Assembly: GCA_963818475.1 (NCBI GenBank)
Contig: CAWFSF010000002.1
Span: 32,001-96,000 of the forward strand
Length of the DNA stretch: 64,000 bases
Source of the DNA: Nitrospirota bacterium
GTDB lineage: Bacteria; Nitrospirota; UBA9217
Direction of reading: 5' to 3'
Numbering within the stretch: position 1 is the first letter of the stretch; the number at the start of each line of letters is the position of its first letter. Position numbers and translations under genes: made by a program. Below the pieces are notes generated by a model. The model was not told the origin of the DNA and searched no databases. It was given only the letters and a program-made list of their open reading frames with translations. This document shows positions 50,492 to 59,127 of this stretch, one piece after another.

Positions 50492-52846
50492 TCAGTGCAG
50501 CGGGAGGACGATAACGAACGTAGCACCCTTTCCTTCCTCGGAATGCACGGTGATCGTACCGCCGTGATTCGCGATGATCTTGTGGGCGATAGACAGGCCG
50601 AGACCGGTCCCGCCCGTATTCGTCTTCGTGGTGAAGAAGGGGTCGAAGACATTTTTTTGGGCATTCTCGGGAATGCCGATGCCCGTATCGCTGATCTGTA
50701 TCACCGCCGAATCCGCCTCGCGGGCCGTTGAAAGTCCAAGCATCCCCCGTTCCTCCATTGCATCCAGCGCGTTCATGATGATGATCAGAAAAACCTGCCG
50801 CAACTCCCCTTCATTCGCGAAGATGACCGGGAGCTCCTCCCCGTAGTTCCTGACAATATCCACATTCATGAGCCTGCCCTGAAAACCGACCATTTCAACG
50901 GTTTTATCAAGCAGCTCGGCAGGGGAGACTTCCTTCTTTTCATAGGAAGATGTGCGCACAAAGGAAAGCATCGTGGTCGTGATGCTTTTACAGCGCCTGA
51001 TCTCGTCAAGGATGATCTCGAAATAATTTTTACACATGTCGGTCTCGCAGCGCCCGCTCTTGAGCCGGTTCAGCAGCCCCTCGGTGCATCCGGCGATTGA
51101 AGCAAGGGGGTTGTTGATCTCGTGGGCGACTCCCGAGGCCATCTGTCCCAGCGAGGCAAGCCGTTCACTCATGATCAGGCGGAGTTCCTGGTCCTTTTCA
51201 GCGGTGATGTCCCGGGCGATATGCACTGACCCCTTGAACGCGCCACCGGGTGCATGGTAGGGAAACGTCGATACGCGCAATAATTTGTTCGTCTTCGGGT
51301 CGCGGATTTCGTGTGTGGCCGGCTTCTGGTCGTCCATCGTCATCTTGTGCGGACAGCCTTCGACGGGAGAACACATGCCGTGAACGAGTTCGTAACATTT
51401 TTTCGCCGGGCTGTTTACCGGGTCGAGGCCGCAATATTCCCGGAACGCCTTGTTCGACTTGATGATCCGGTAGTCAGTGTCGTGGATGGAGACGAGATCG
51501 GTAATGCTGTCGAACGTCAGCTGCCATTTCTGCTGCGATTGGGAGATCAGGGCGAGCTGGCCGACTATGGCCTTGTTCCGCTGTTCGATGTCTTCTATCA
51601 GCAGGCGGTTCTCTATGGCCGTTGCCGCCTGATTCGCGAAGATCATGAACGTTCCGATCCGCTTCTTCGTGAAATACCCCGCCCGATCGCTGTACAGAGT
51701 AAGGACGCTCAGCACGCTGTTCTCGGACGTGATGAGCGGAATAGCCATCACCGAGCCGTACCCCCGATTCACCGCCTCGGTCTTCCAGAGGGCCTCCGAA
51801 GGATCGGCGGCAAGGTCATTCACCACCTGGGGATGCATGGTACTGATCGCCCGCTCCGACGGTCCCCTTCCTTCCGCAGAACCGCTCCACCCGTCTTCGA
51901 CGCCAGAGAGGTAGCCGACATCATAACCGCATGCTGCGATGGCATGAACGCGGCCGTTCTCCCCCGCTATCCCGACCCACGCCATGCGCATTCCCATTTC
52001 CTTGATAAGGATGTTGCAGGTGGCCTCGTAGATGTTCTCCGTGCGCGGAACCGCGGCAACGACATTGGAAGAAACGGCAAGCGCCACCATCTCGTCCGCG
52101 TATAACTGCAGTTCCTGCTGAGAAACCGCAATGGACTCGACCATGCCGTTAAAGCCGGCGCCGAGGACGGTCAGTTCGTCGTTGCCCGACGACGGTATCC
52201 TGACATCGTGATCGCCGGCGCTGAATTTAGTCATCCCGTCGTAAACCGCCCCGAGTCGCCTTATGACCACGGCATTGGACAGCCAGAACATGGCGATCCC
52301 GACGAGCACGAAGGAGCCGAAGAACAGCAGGGCCTCTCCCACGATGTGATGCATGAGCTGCTGCTGGATAAACCCTTCTGAAAAATCGATGATGACGGCG
52401 CCGTTATAGGCTGCCTGTGCGTTGTGGCACCCGTAGCACTCGGGTCTATTGCGCACGGCCTGAACCCGCCGGTACTTCTCCGGTCCGGATCCGGCGCTGC
52501 GGTTCTCCCGGGCATCATAGCCGAAGCCCTCGATGGAGATTTTTGTTCCGAGCGCCCGGGGATCGGTGCCGGCCTTTACGATCCCGTCATTGTTCACCAG
52601 CAGTATCCTGCTGATGGAGTCGACGCCTCTGAGGTTCTCAAGGGTCGCATTCAGAACATTCATGTCCCGGGTTCCCATGGAGTGCGTGAGGCTTGCCTCA
52701 ATGACGGGACCGACCGTGTTTCCCAGGATTTCGAGCTCTTCCGCGCCTTCGGAAACTTTCGCCCGGTAATGAAGCGTGAGGGATACGGCGGCGACGACCA
52801 GGAGGATGATCATCGTGCCGATGCTGAGTTTCCGGTTAATTTTCAT
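50492..52846 (-). CDS. Sensor histidine kinase with periplasmic heme c, HAMP, GAF and PAS
   Basis: CYGCH between two TMs; GVAHEINNPL, DPFFTTK, GTGLGL. Confidence 0.9.
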   Translation of the reverse strand: MKINRKLSIGTMIILLVVAAVSLTLHYRAKVSEGAEELEILGNTVGPVIEASLTHSMGTRDMNVLNATLENLRGVDSISRILLVNNDGIVKAGTDPRALGTKISIEGFGYDARENRSAGSGPEKYRRVQAVRNRPECYGCHNAQAAYNGAVIIDFSEGFIQQQLMHHIVGEALLFFGSFVLVGIAMFWLSNAVVIRRLGAVYDGMTKFSAGDHDVRIPSSGNDELTVLGAGFNGMVESIAVSQQELQLYADEMVALAVSSNVVAAVPRTENIYEATCNILIKEMGMRMAWVGIAGENGRVHAIAACGYDVGYLSGVEDGWSGSAEGRGPSERAISTMHPQVVNDLAADPSEALWKTEAVNRGYGSVMAIPLITSENSVLSVLTLYSDRAGYFTKKRIGTFMIFANQAATAIENRLLIEDIEQRNKAIVGQLALISQSQQKWQLTFDSITDLVSIHDTDYRIIKSNKAFREYCGLDPVNSPAKKCYELVHGMCSPVEGCPHKMTMDDQKPATHEIRDPKTNKLLRVSTFPYHAPGGAFKGSVHIARDITAEKDQELRLIMSERLASLGQMASGVAHEINNPLASIAGCTEGLLNRLKSGRCETDMCKNYFEIILDEIRRCKSITTTMLSFVRTSSYEKKEVSPAELLDKTVEMVGFQGRLMNVDIVRNYGEELPVIFANEGELRQVFLIIIMNALDAMEERGMLGLSTAREADSAVIQISDTGIGIPENAQKNVFDPFFTTKTNTGGTGLGLSIAHKIIANHGGTITVHSEEGKGATFVIVLPLH

Positions 52847-53022
52847 GGTAACGCTGTTTCGCCTTCCTTCAGGTTTCGTGACGCCTGTCGATTATTGTGC
52901 AACTTTAGAATGCTTTTGTAAATAGTAAATTCTCGTTCCCCATGATGCGTTCGTAAAACGTGCGTTTCCATAAAACCCTGAAGGTACAGAGCTGTCACAA
53001 TACTGTCTGAACGCGCGTGTGA

Positions 53023-53110
53023 TCTTCAACGTATGCGGACGAGATCGTGCAGCAGGCCGATGCCGCCCTGTATCAAGCAAAGCGGGAGGGCAGGAACAAG
53101 ATCATTTCTC
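53023..53110 (+). pseudogene. Relic of a GGDEF-domain C-terminus
   Basis: Frame from 53041 reads EIVQQADAALYQAKREGRNKII; no upstream GGDEF sequence. Confidence 0.6.
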
Positions 53111-53117
53111 CGCGGGC

Positions 53118-54033
53118 TCAGCCTTTATTCGCATCAGCATCGGACAGCACTTTTCGCTGAAGCTGGTCCAGCGTGTCGCAGAGGCCGTCGATCTCATCAC
53201 GGCTGTTTTGCCGGTGGTCCTCAAAGGCATAGCGGTCGGCCTTGCCGTGGATCAGCTTATCCGCGGCAGCGGTCATCGCCTTGACCCGGTCGAGGATCAC
53301 TTTTTTGAGCAGGAACAGGTTGAGCAGGAAGGCAGCCAGGATCAGGCCGATCGAGAGGGGATTCAGCATGGGCGATGCGGCCAGCAGCGACGCCACCGGC
53401 ATTTCGACCGAGATGATCCCCCGGATGTCCCCCATCTTGTACCCGAAGGCCCTGAATTCGCCGTAGCGTTCGACGACCTCTTTCGGCGCAGCAGAAGCAG
53501 CTCCATGGCAGCGGAGACACCGTTCTTCGATCCTGATCGGAACGGCGTACCGATACCGGCTTCCTTCGATCCGCTCGATGTACAGCTTCTGCTTGTCAAC
53601 GGGCTCTGCCGCGTTCATTTTGAAGGCGAAGATGGCGCTCGATTCAAAGGCGTCCGGGAATATTGGCCGGGTTTCGGTAGTTGTCGCTCGTCACCCGGAA
53701 CGTGGTGTTAACATTCGACCGCTTGACGATGTTCGATAATTCACGCGTAGCCAGCGCCGGATTCTTCGAATAGAAGACCGTGCCGCCGCACTGAGAGCTG
53801 CTCAGGTAGTCGGCGTCCTGCTTGTTCAGGTTGTCGACCCAGACCATGCCCGTTGCCGAGATCCAGCTTCGGAAGGCGATGACCTGCTCGGCCACGGCCT
53901 GGGCGGAACTGCGCATCAAAAAGACGCGCAGGTTGTTTGCGGCGATATAGCCGGCCGCAAAGGTCAGGCCGATCGCGAGCAGCAGGATGACCGTGAACTT
54001 GACATAGATCGACTGCTTTCTTAATCCCATCAT
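53118..54033 (-). CDS. DUF3365/Tll0287-like heme c sensor with HAMP (frameshift near 53650)
   Basis: KNPALATRELS, FRVTSDNYRNPAN, CLRCHG, GYKMGDIRGIISV, DEIDGL. Confidence 0.8.
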
Positions 54034-54062
54034 GATATTCTCCCCCTCCGGCAGCGCCACTC

Positions 54063-55070
54063 CTATCCGCCGATCTCCGACATGGCCGCGAACCCGGCCG
54101 GGTTTCCGGGAGCGTGTTCGAGTTGATGCCCTCCCGGTTTTGCAGCAACGATCTGTTCTACCAGCGTTTTCAGCACTTCGTCTGAGGCTCCGCTCCTGAG
54201 AGGCGTCCTCAGGTCCGCCTCTGCTGCGGAAAAAAGGCAAGGCCGGAGCTGACCCGTTGCCGTCAGCCTGAGCCGGTTGCACGAGGTGCAGAAATGATCG
54301 CTCACGGCGCTGATGAAACCGACCACTCCCCGGGCACCTTCGATCCGGTAATTCCTGGACGGCCCCATGCCTTTGAACTCAAGCGGCACGAGCCGGCCTA
54401 AAACGGCTATGCGCTGCATCATCTCGGCTTTCTCGATCCGGCCGCTGCCCCGTCCGCCTGCCCCGATCGGCATGCGTTCGATGAACCGGACATGGCAGTC
54501 CTGCTCCAGCGTCAGCGCGGCGAAGTTCACGAGCTCGTCATCGTTGATCCCGCGCAGGGGCACCATATTGATCTTGAGCGGCATCAGCCCCGCTTCCCGG
54601 GCCGCATCAAGGGAGTCCCACACGCGCTCGATGGCTCCGCCGCGCGTGATCGACCGGTACCGGCCGGGGTCCATGGTATCGAGGCTGATGTTGACCCGGT
54701 CCAGCCCCGACTCCTTCAGCTTCCCTGCCAGCTTGGCGAGCCGCATGCCGTTCGTGGTCAGGCTGACATCATGGATGCCGATCCTGCGCTTCAGGGTCGA
54801 GATGAGCGGGATGAGGTCGTCCCGGAGCAGCGGCTCCCCTCCGGTCAGCCGCACTTTCTTGAGACCGTACCGGTGTATGACGCGCACGATGCGCACGATC
54901 TCTTCCCGCGTCAGCAGTTCGGCGGCTTTGCGAAAGGGGACCGGGCCGTCCGGCATGCAGTAAAGGCACTTCAAATCGCACCGGTCGGTCACCGAGATGC
55001 GCAGATAATCGATCCTGCGCTTGTACCGGTCGACCAGAGCCGGTTCGTCTGATGCAGTATGCTGCTCCAC
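54063..55070 (-). CDS. moaA: GTP 3',8-cyclase
   Basis: LRISVTDRCDLKCLYCMP, RLTGGEPL, FCTSCNRLRLT, MSEIGG. Confidence 0.96.
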   Translation of the reverse strand: MEQHTASDEPALVDRYKRRIDYLRISVTDRCDLKCLYCMPDGPVPFRKAAELLTREEIVRIVRVIHRYGLKKVRLTGGEPLLRDDLIPLISTLKRRIGIHDVSLTTNGMRLAKLAGKLKESGLDRVNISLDTMDPGRYRSITRGGAIERVWDSLDAAREAGLMPLKINMVPLRGINDDELVNFAALTLEQDCHVRFIERMPIGAGGRGSGRIEKAEMMQRIAVLGRLVPLEFKGMGPSRNYRIEGARGVVGFISAVSDHFCTSCNRLRLTATGQLRPCLFSAAEADLRTPLRSGASDEVLKTLVEQIVAAKPGGHQLEHAPGNPAGFAAMSEIGG

Positions 55071-55088
55071 GATGCACCTCGTTCAGCG

Positions 55089-56237
55089 TCAGTTTTTCCC
55101 GAAAGGGCAGACAGGATAGCGGCAGACTTCGCACTTGAGGCAGAGCCCCCCGTGGCCCAGTTCGGCCAGGTCCTTCCGCCCGATCTTCTCGCCTGCCAGC
55201 ACGCGCGGCAGTATGAGATCGAAGACAGTGGTTTTGCTGTACATGCCGCAGGCCGGGATGCCGAGGATGGGAATTTCCGATTGCTGATTTCGGATTGCGG
55301 ATTTCGGATTTACAGCATCAGAGGATTTCCCTTCCGCCTTTTCCAGGTACGCTATTAAAAACATCGATCCCGGAAGCGCTGCAGAACCATAGGTTATGTC
55401 AGCAGCGCCCAGTTCACGGATCGCGAACCGCGTTACGTCATCGGGATCCACCGACATGCCTCCCGTAGTGATGAGGAGATCGGCTCCTATATTCATTGAT
55501 TCCCGGAGCCTGTCCACGATAAACGCCTTGTCATCGGGCGCGTAATATATACCCATGAGCTTTCCGCCGATTTCCTCGATCTTTTTCGTGATAACGGGTG
55601 CGAACGCGTCCTTGATCCTGCCGTGGTAGACTTCGTTTCCGGTGATCACGACGCCGACTTTGGGTTTGCGGAGTTCTTTTACTTCGATAACACCGGTGGA
55701 TCCGTTCATTTCGGATTTCGGATTTCGGATTTCGGATTTCAATTCCGCATTCCGCATTCCGCATTCCGCAATACGGACGGCTTCCTCAACGATGCTCGTC
55801 TTGACCACCAGCGGAATCGCCCGAGTTCCCGCCACGGTCTGTCCTTTCCTGACGAGCGCATTATCATGAAGCGTTGCGCACATGACCTCGCCGAGCATGT
55901 TGAATGCAAGGAGCGCGTCGCGGTCGATCTTCAGCAGCCCGTCCCGTTCCGCGACAATACTGATCTTCCCCTCTTTCGGCTCGCCCTTGATCGCCACCCC
56001 CCCACCCATGAGCGCCCTGGCGATCGCATAGGCGGCTTCGTTCTCGTGCATCTCGTCCTCGGCAACCTTCAACACGAAGAGATGCTCCTTGCCGAGCCGC
56101 TGGAGGTGACAGACATCTTCTTCCCGGATAACGTGCCCTTTCTTAAATGCGCATCCCTTGAACTCGCCCGGCCGTATCTCCGTGATGTCGTGGGCAAGGA
56201 CCGTGCCGACGGCCTGATCTACTGGAATCGTTTTCAT
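55089..56237 (-). CDS. Molybdopterin-binding (MoCF biosynthesis domain) protein with two in-frame repeat insertions
   Basis: LAHDITEI, GTRAIPL, ITGNEV, TGGMSVDPDDVT, GHGGLCLKCEVCRYPVCPFGK. Confidence 0.85.
   Translation of the reverse strand: MKTIPVDQAVGTVLAHDITEIRPGEFKGCAFKKGHVIREEDVCHLQRLGKEHLFVLKVAEDEMHENEAAYAIARALMGGGVAIKGEPKEGKISIVAERDGLLKIDRDALLAFNMLGEVMCATLHDNALVRKGQTVAGTRAIPLVVKTSIVEEAVRIAECGMRNAELKSEIRNPKSEMNGSTGVIEVKELRKPKVGVVITGNEVYHGRIKDAFAPVITKKIEEIGGKLMGIYYAPDDKAFIVDRLRESMNIGADLLITTGGMSVDPDDVTRFAIRELGAADITYGSAALPGSMFLIAYLEKAEGKSSDAVNPKSAIRNQQSEIPILGIPACGMYSKTTVFDLILPRVLAGEKIGRKDLAELGHGGLCLKCEVCRYPVCPFGKN
55272..55311. repeat. In-frame heptamer tract inside the CDS
   Basis: AATTTCCGATTGCTGATTTCGGATTGCGGATTTCGGATTT encodes NPKSAIRNQQSEI. 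Confidence 0.75.
55708..55772. repeat. In-frame palindromic heptamer element inside the CDS
   Basis: (ATTTCGG)x4 then (ATTCCGC)x4; encodes IAECGMRNAELKSEIRNPKSEM. Confidence 0.85.
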
Positions 56238-56330
56238 GGCAGAACCGCTGCTTGCGTGCATGTCGTCACACATGGCAACCTCCCTTTGGGAAAATTCCTG
56301 ATCTCCAATAACCGTAGCGCTTTGTCATTT

Positions 56331-56678
56331 TCAAAATATTTTTTTAAATCTCTTATCCACGAATTCCTGAAGTCCTTTTTCCAGTGCTGCGTATTTTTTC
56401 AGAAACTTCCTCGCATCCGCTGTCAAAGCGGCGCCCCCGCCGTTTTTCCCGCCGGTTTTCCGATCGACAAGCTTCACGCCGAGCCTCTTTTCCATGGCAT
56501 TGATATGGCACCATGCCTTGCGGAAAGAGATGTCGACTTCCTGCGCCGCCTGGTTGATGGAACCGTGGGAATCGATGGCCTCCAGGAGAAAGCGCCTGCC
56601 CCTGCCGAAGACCGGTTCGCCGCCGGCTTCGATCCAGATCTTTGATCTGATCCCAAGTGCGTTATGACTTTTTCGCAT
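56331..56678 (-). CDS. ModE-type winged-helix regulator domain
   Basis: RSKIWIE..VFGRGR..LLEAI..GSINQAA..ISFRKAW..GGKNGGGAALT. Confidence 0.88.
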   Translation of the reverse strand: MRKSHNALGIRSKIWIEAGGEPVFGRGRRFLLEAIDSHGSINQAAQEVDISFRKAWCHINAMEKRLGVKLVDRKTGGKNGGGAALTADARKFLKKYAALEKGLQEFVDKRFKKIF

Positions 56679-57312
56679 AACGAACCGCCACAAAAGGTTC
56701 CTTCACTTCATAGTAGCCGCCCTTGGCGCAGGTCACACACAGGACCTTGCCGTCCTGATAGACCTCTCTCTTGTCCTGGACATGCTCGCCGCAGGAATCG
56801 CAGGGCACCCTGCCCATCGGCCTTCCGGGCTGGTCTTCCGGCTTGATCGCCACGCTGACTTCAATTACCTCAAAAAGTTCGCTGTCGGACATCACTTTAT
56901 AGGCCTGAAGCTGCGCTGCGTACTTGTTCCCGATTTCCGGAAAAAGCGCTTTTGCCTTCTCCCGGGACTCATCCTTCGCAAAGACCCTCACGGCTTTGCC
57001 GGTGCCCGTATTCAAGTAGGTTGCCGCCATCTTGCCGTAGTCCATGAACTTCATGGTCCGGTGGCCCAGACTGCATCCCGTGACCGACTGGACCGCGTCA
57101 GTGGCGCACCGGTCCATTTCGACGAACACCATGATGCTCTTCCGGTCCTTGCCCTTCGGATCAGCCACGCCGATCTCCCGGAGGCCAAGCATCGACATCC
57201 GGACGCCGAGCACCTGACCGGCGCAGAGATGTCCGTGGATCCTGACGGATTCTTCGAGCAAGCGCTCGAAGCCAGGAAGTCCTTGTTGGATCTCTAAATG
57301 ATCATCGCTCAT
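56662..57312 (-). CDS. FmdE/FwdE-family protein with C-terminal Zn finger
   Basis: HGHLCAGQVLGVR, DRCATDAVQSVTGCSLG, CDSC...CVTC. Confidence 0.9.
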   Translation of the reverse strand: MSDDHLEIQQGLPGFERLLEESVRIHGHLCAGQVLGVRMSMLGLREIGVADPKGKDRKSIMVFVEMDRCATDAVQSVTGCSLGHRTMKFMDYGKMAATYLNTGTGKAVRVFAKDESREKAKALFPEIGNKYAAQLQAYKVMSDSELFEVIEVSVAIKPEDQPGRPMGRVPCDSCGEHVQDKREVYQDGKVLCVTCAKGGYYEVKEPFVAVRYAKKS

Positions 57313-57350
57313 AGAATATCCCCTGTGCCGACGTCGTTGAGCTAAAACCT

Positions 57351-57433
57351 TTCACCGCTGAGACGCGGAGGCGCAGAGAAAATCCTTACTATCTGCAAAT
57401 TGCAGTCCTCTGCGTCTCCGCGTCCCCGCGGTA
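57351..57433. repeat. Palindromic element of CGCRGAG repeats
   Basis: ACCGCTGAGACGCGGAGGCGCAGAG ... CTCTGCGTCTCCGCGTCCCCGCGGT. Confidence 0.7.
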
Positions 57434-57464
57434 GATTATGACTTTTTCTAGCCCATGTTTCCGA

Positions 57465-58259
57465 TCAAAATTTGAAGACTAGTGGTCTTTTCTTTGCCTT
57501 CATAGTTTCACATGCTGCTATGCACTCCCCGCAATTGTGGCACTGAGGGTAGATTCCGGACTCCATCGGATTCAGCCCCAACCCGCAGGCATCGGCGCAT
57601 GCCAGGCATTTCCCGCACACATGCTCCCCGTCTTCGGCAAAAACGACCTTCAGGGTTTTTTTGAACCTGAAGATGCCGAGAAAACTTCCCACCGGGCAAA
57701 CATAATTGCACCAGCCCCTGCGGACGATAACTAGTTCAAAAACAATGATCACAGCGATCAGGCTGAGTTCCAGTCCCACGATGCCCTCATACACGAACTT
57801 GGCCGTTTGAACGGATATGATGCCCGGCGCCGACAGCAAGCTCGCCAGAGGAAGCCTCGCGAGCGGCGTGAGAATGAGTATGACGGCGAGGACAGCGTAG
57901 CGCGGCACTGCCGTCGTTCTTTTCCCGAAGGGCCTTTTGATCCCGAACTTCGTTGCCGCAATATCGACGAGCTCGGAGATCGTGTTCTGGGGGCAGGCCC
58001 AGCTGCAGAAGACCCTGCCGAACAGCAGCGCAAGAATAACAGGGAGTAGCATCGACAGGAGAAGGGTCCTGTCCGCGGTCATCGTCGTGAGGATCGTCTG
58101 GAAGCCGATCAAAGGATCGGTGATCCAGACCGGTCCGATGGCAAAGGAATAGAGGCTGCCCGTGAGCATCGTGATCCCGTTCCTGTTGAGGATCGGAACG
58201 AGAATGACGAGGATGATCGTCAGGACCTGTATTCCTTTCCGCAGTCTCGGAATGTTCAC
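57465..58259 (-). CDS. napH: NapH-like quinol dehydrogenase membrane subunit
   Basis: GRVFCSWACP, WCNYVCPVG, two 4Fe-4S motifs; nap context. Confidence 0.85.
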   Translation of the reverse strand: MNIPRLRKGIQVLTIILVILVPILNRNGITMLTGSLYSFAIGPVWITDPLIGFQTILTTMTADRTLLLSMLLPVILALLFGRVFCSWACPQNTISELVDIAATKFGIKRPFGKRTTAVPRYAVLAVILILTPLARLPLASLLSAPGIISVQTAKFVYEGIVGLELSLIAVIIVFELVIVRRGWCNYVCPVGSFLGIFRFKKTLKVVFAEDGEHVCGKCLACADACGLGLNPMESGIYPQCHNCGECIAACETMKAKKRPLVFKF

Positions 58260-58735
58260 TTGCTGGTCCCCGGTTTTACTACAATGGCAGCTGCTTCAAG
58301 AGGGCAGATGTTTTCGCAGATGCCGCAACCAACGCATTTTTTTTCATTCACCACCGGACGCAGATCATCGTTCATGACAATTGCCTCGCCCATGAGCGGA
58401 CAATCATCATAACAGCTTCTGCAGAGCGTGTCCTGCCATGCAAGGCACGTTTTCCGCGAGATCTCCGCCGTGCCCATCCGGACTTTTTCCTTGTCCTTCA
58501 GACTTCTTTTGAGGGCGCCTGAGGGGCAGACGGGCGGACACTTCATGCACAAATAGCAGGGGGTTCTTCTTGCCTGAATAACGGGCGTGCCCATGACCGC
58601 GATGCCGTCCAGGAGACTTGCCATCCTGATCGACCCGTAAGGGCAGGTCTGAGCGCATTTGCCGCACCGTATACAGGTAGCGATAAATGTGGCCTCGGGC
58701 AGGGCGCCCGGCGGCCTCAGCAGGTTCTTACTCAT
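58256..58735 (-). CDS. napG: NapG-like ferredoxin
   Basis: LRPPGA, CIRCGKCAQTCP, CPPVCPSGAL, CVGCGICENICP. Confidence 0.82.
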   Translation of the reverse strand: MSKNLLRPPGALPEATFIATCIRCGKCAQTCPYGSIRMASLLDGIAVMGTPVIQARRTPCYLCMKCPPVCPSGALKRSLKDKEKVRMGTAEISRKTCLAWQDTLCRSCYDDCPLMGEAIVMNDDLRPVVNEKKCVGCGICENICPLEAAAIVVKPGTSK

Positions 58736-58955
58736 GAGCGCGCGCATACACCGGATACACGCCGGTTACCTTTTCAAATTCCGACAGTTTCTTGATGATC
58801 TCGTTCACGGCACCCAACGTATCACCCTCGACAACCGTAACGATCTGGTTTTCCTTCACGCCGAATACGCTGATACCCGGTACCTTCCCCAGGTCTGGCA
58901 GCACCTGTTCCATTGCATTGTCCTCGATCTCGACGATAACACTCGCAACCGCCAT
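58728..58955 (-). CDS. napD: NapD chaperone
   Basis: MAVASVIV..PGISV..QIVTVVEG; directly downstream of napA. Confidence 0.8.
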   Translation of the reverse strand: MAVASVIVEIEDNAMEQVLPDLGKVPGISVFGVKENQIVTVVEGDTLGAVNEIIKKLSEFEKVTGVYPVYARAHE

Positions 58956-59061
58956 AAGGAACGACCTTTCTGGTAAAAAACCGTCCCCCTTGTGCATGAG
59001 AAAAACCCGTCTGCGCAAGAGAGACGGTAGGGGGGGTGATATGTTATTTCATTTGTGAATT

Positions 59062-59104
59062 CCCCCTTTATCCTCTCCCCGAGGGGAGAGGGTAGGGTGA
59101 GGGG
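59062..59104. repeat. CCCTCTCCCC...GGGGAGAGGG palindrome (related copy at about 38288-38321)
   Basis: CCCCTTTATCCTCTCCCCGAGGGGAGAGGGTAGGGTGAGGGG. Confidence 0.6.
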
Positions 59105-59127
59105 GTGTTCCATCGATTCAGCCGCCC

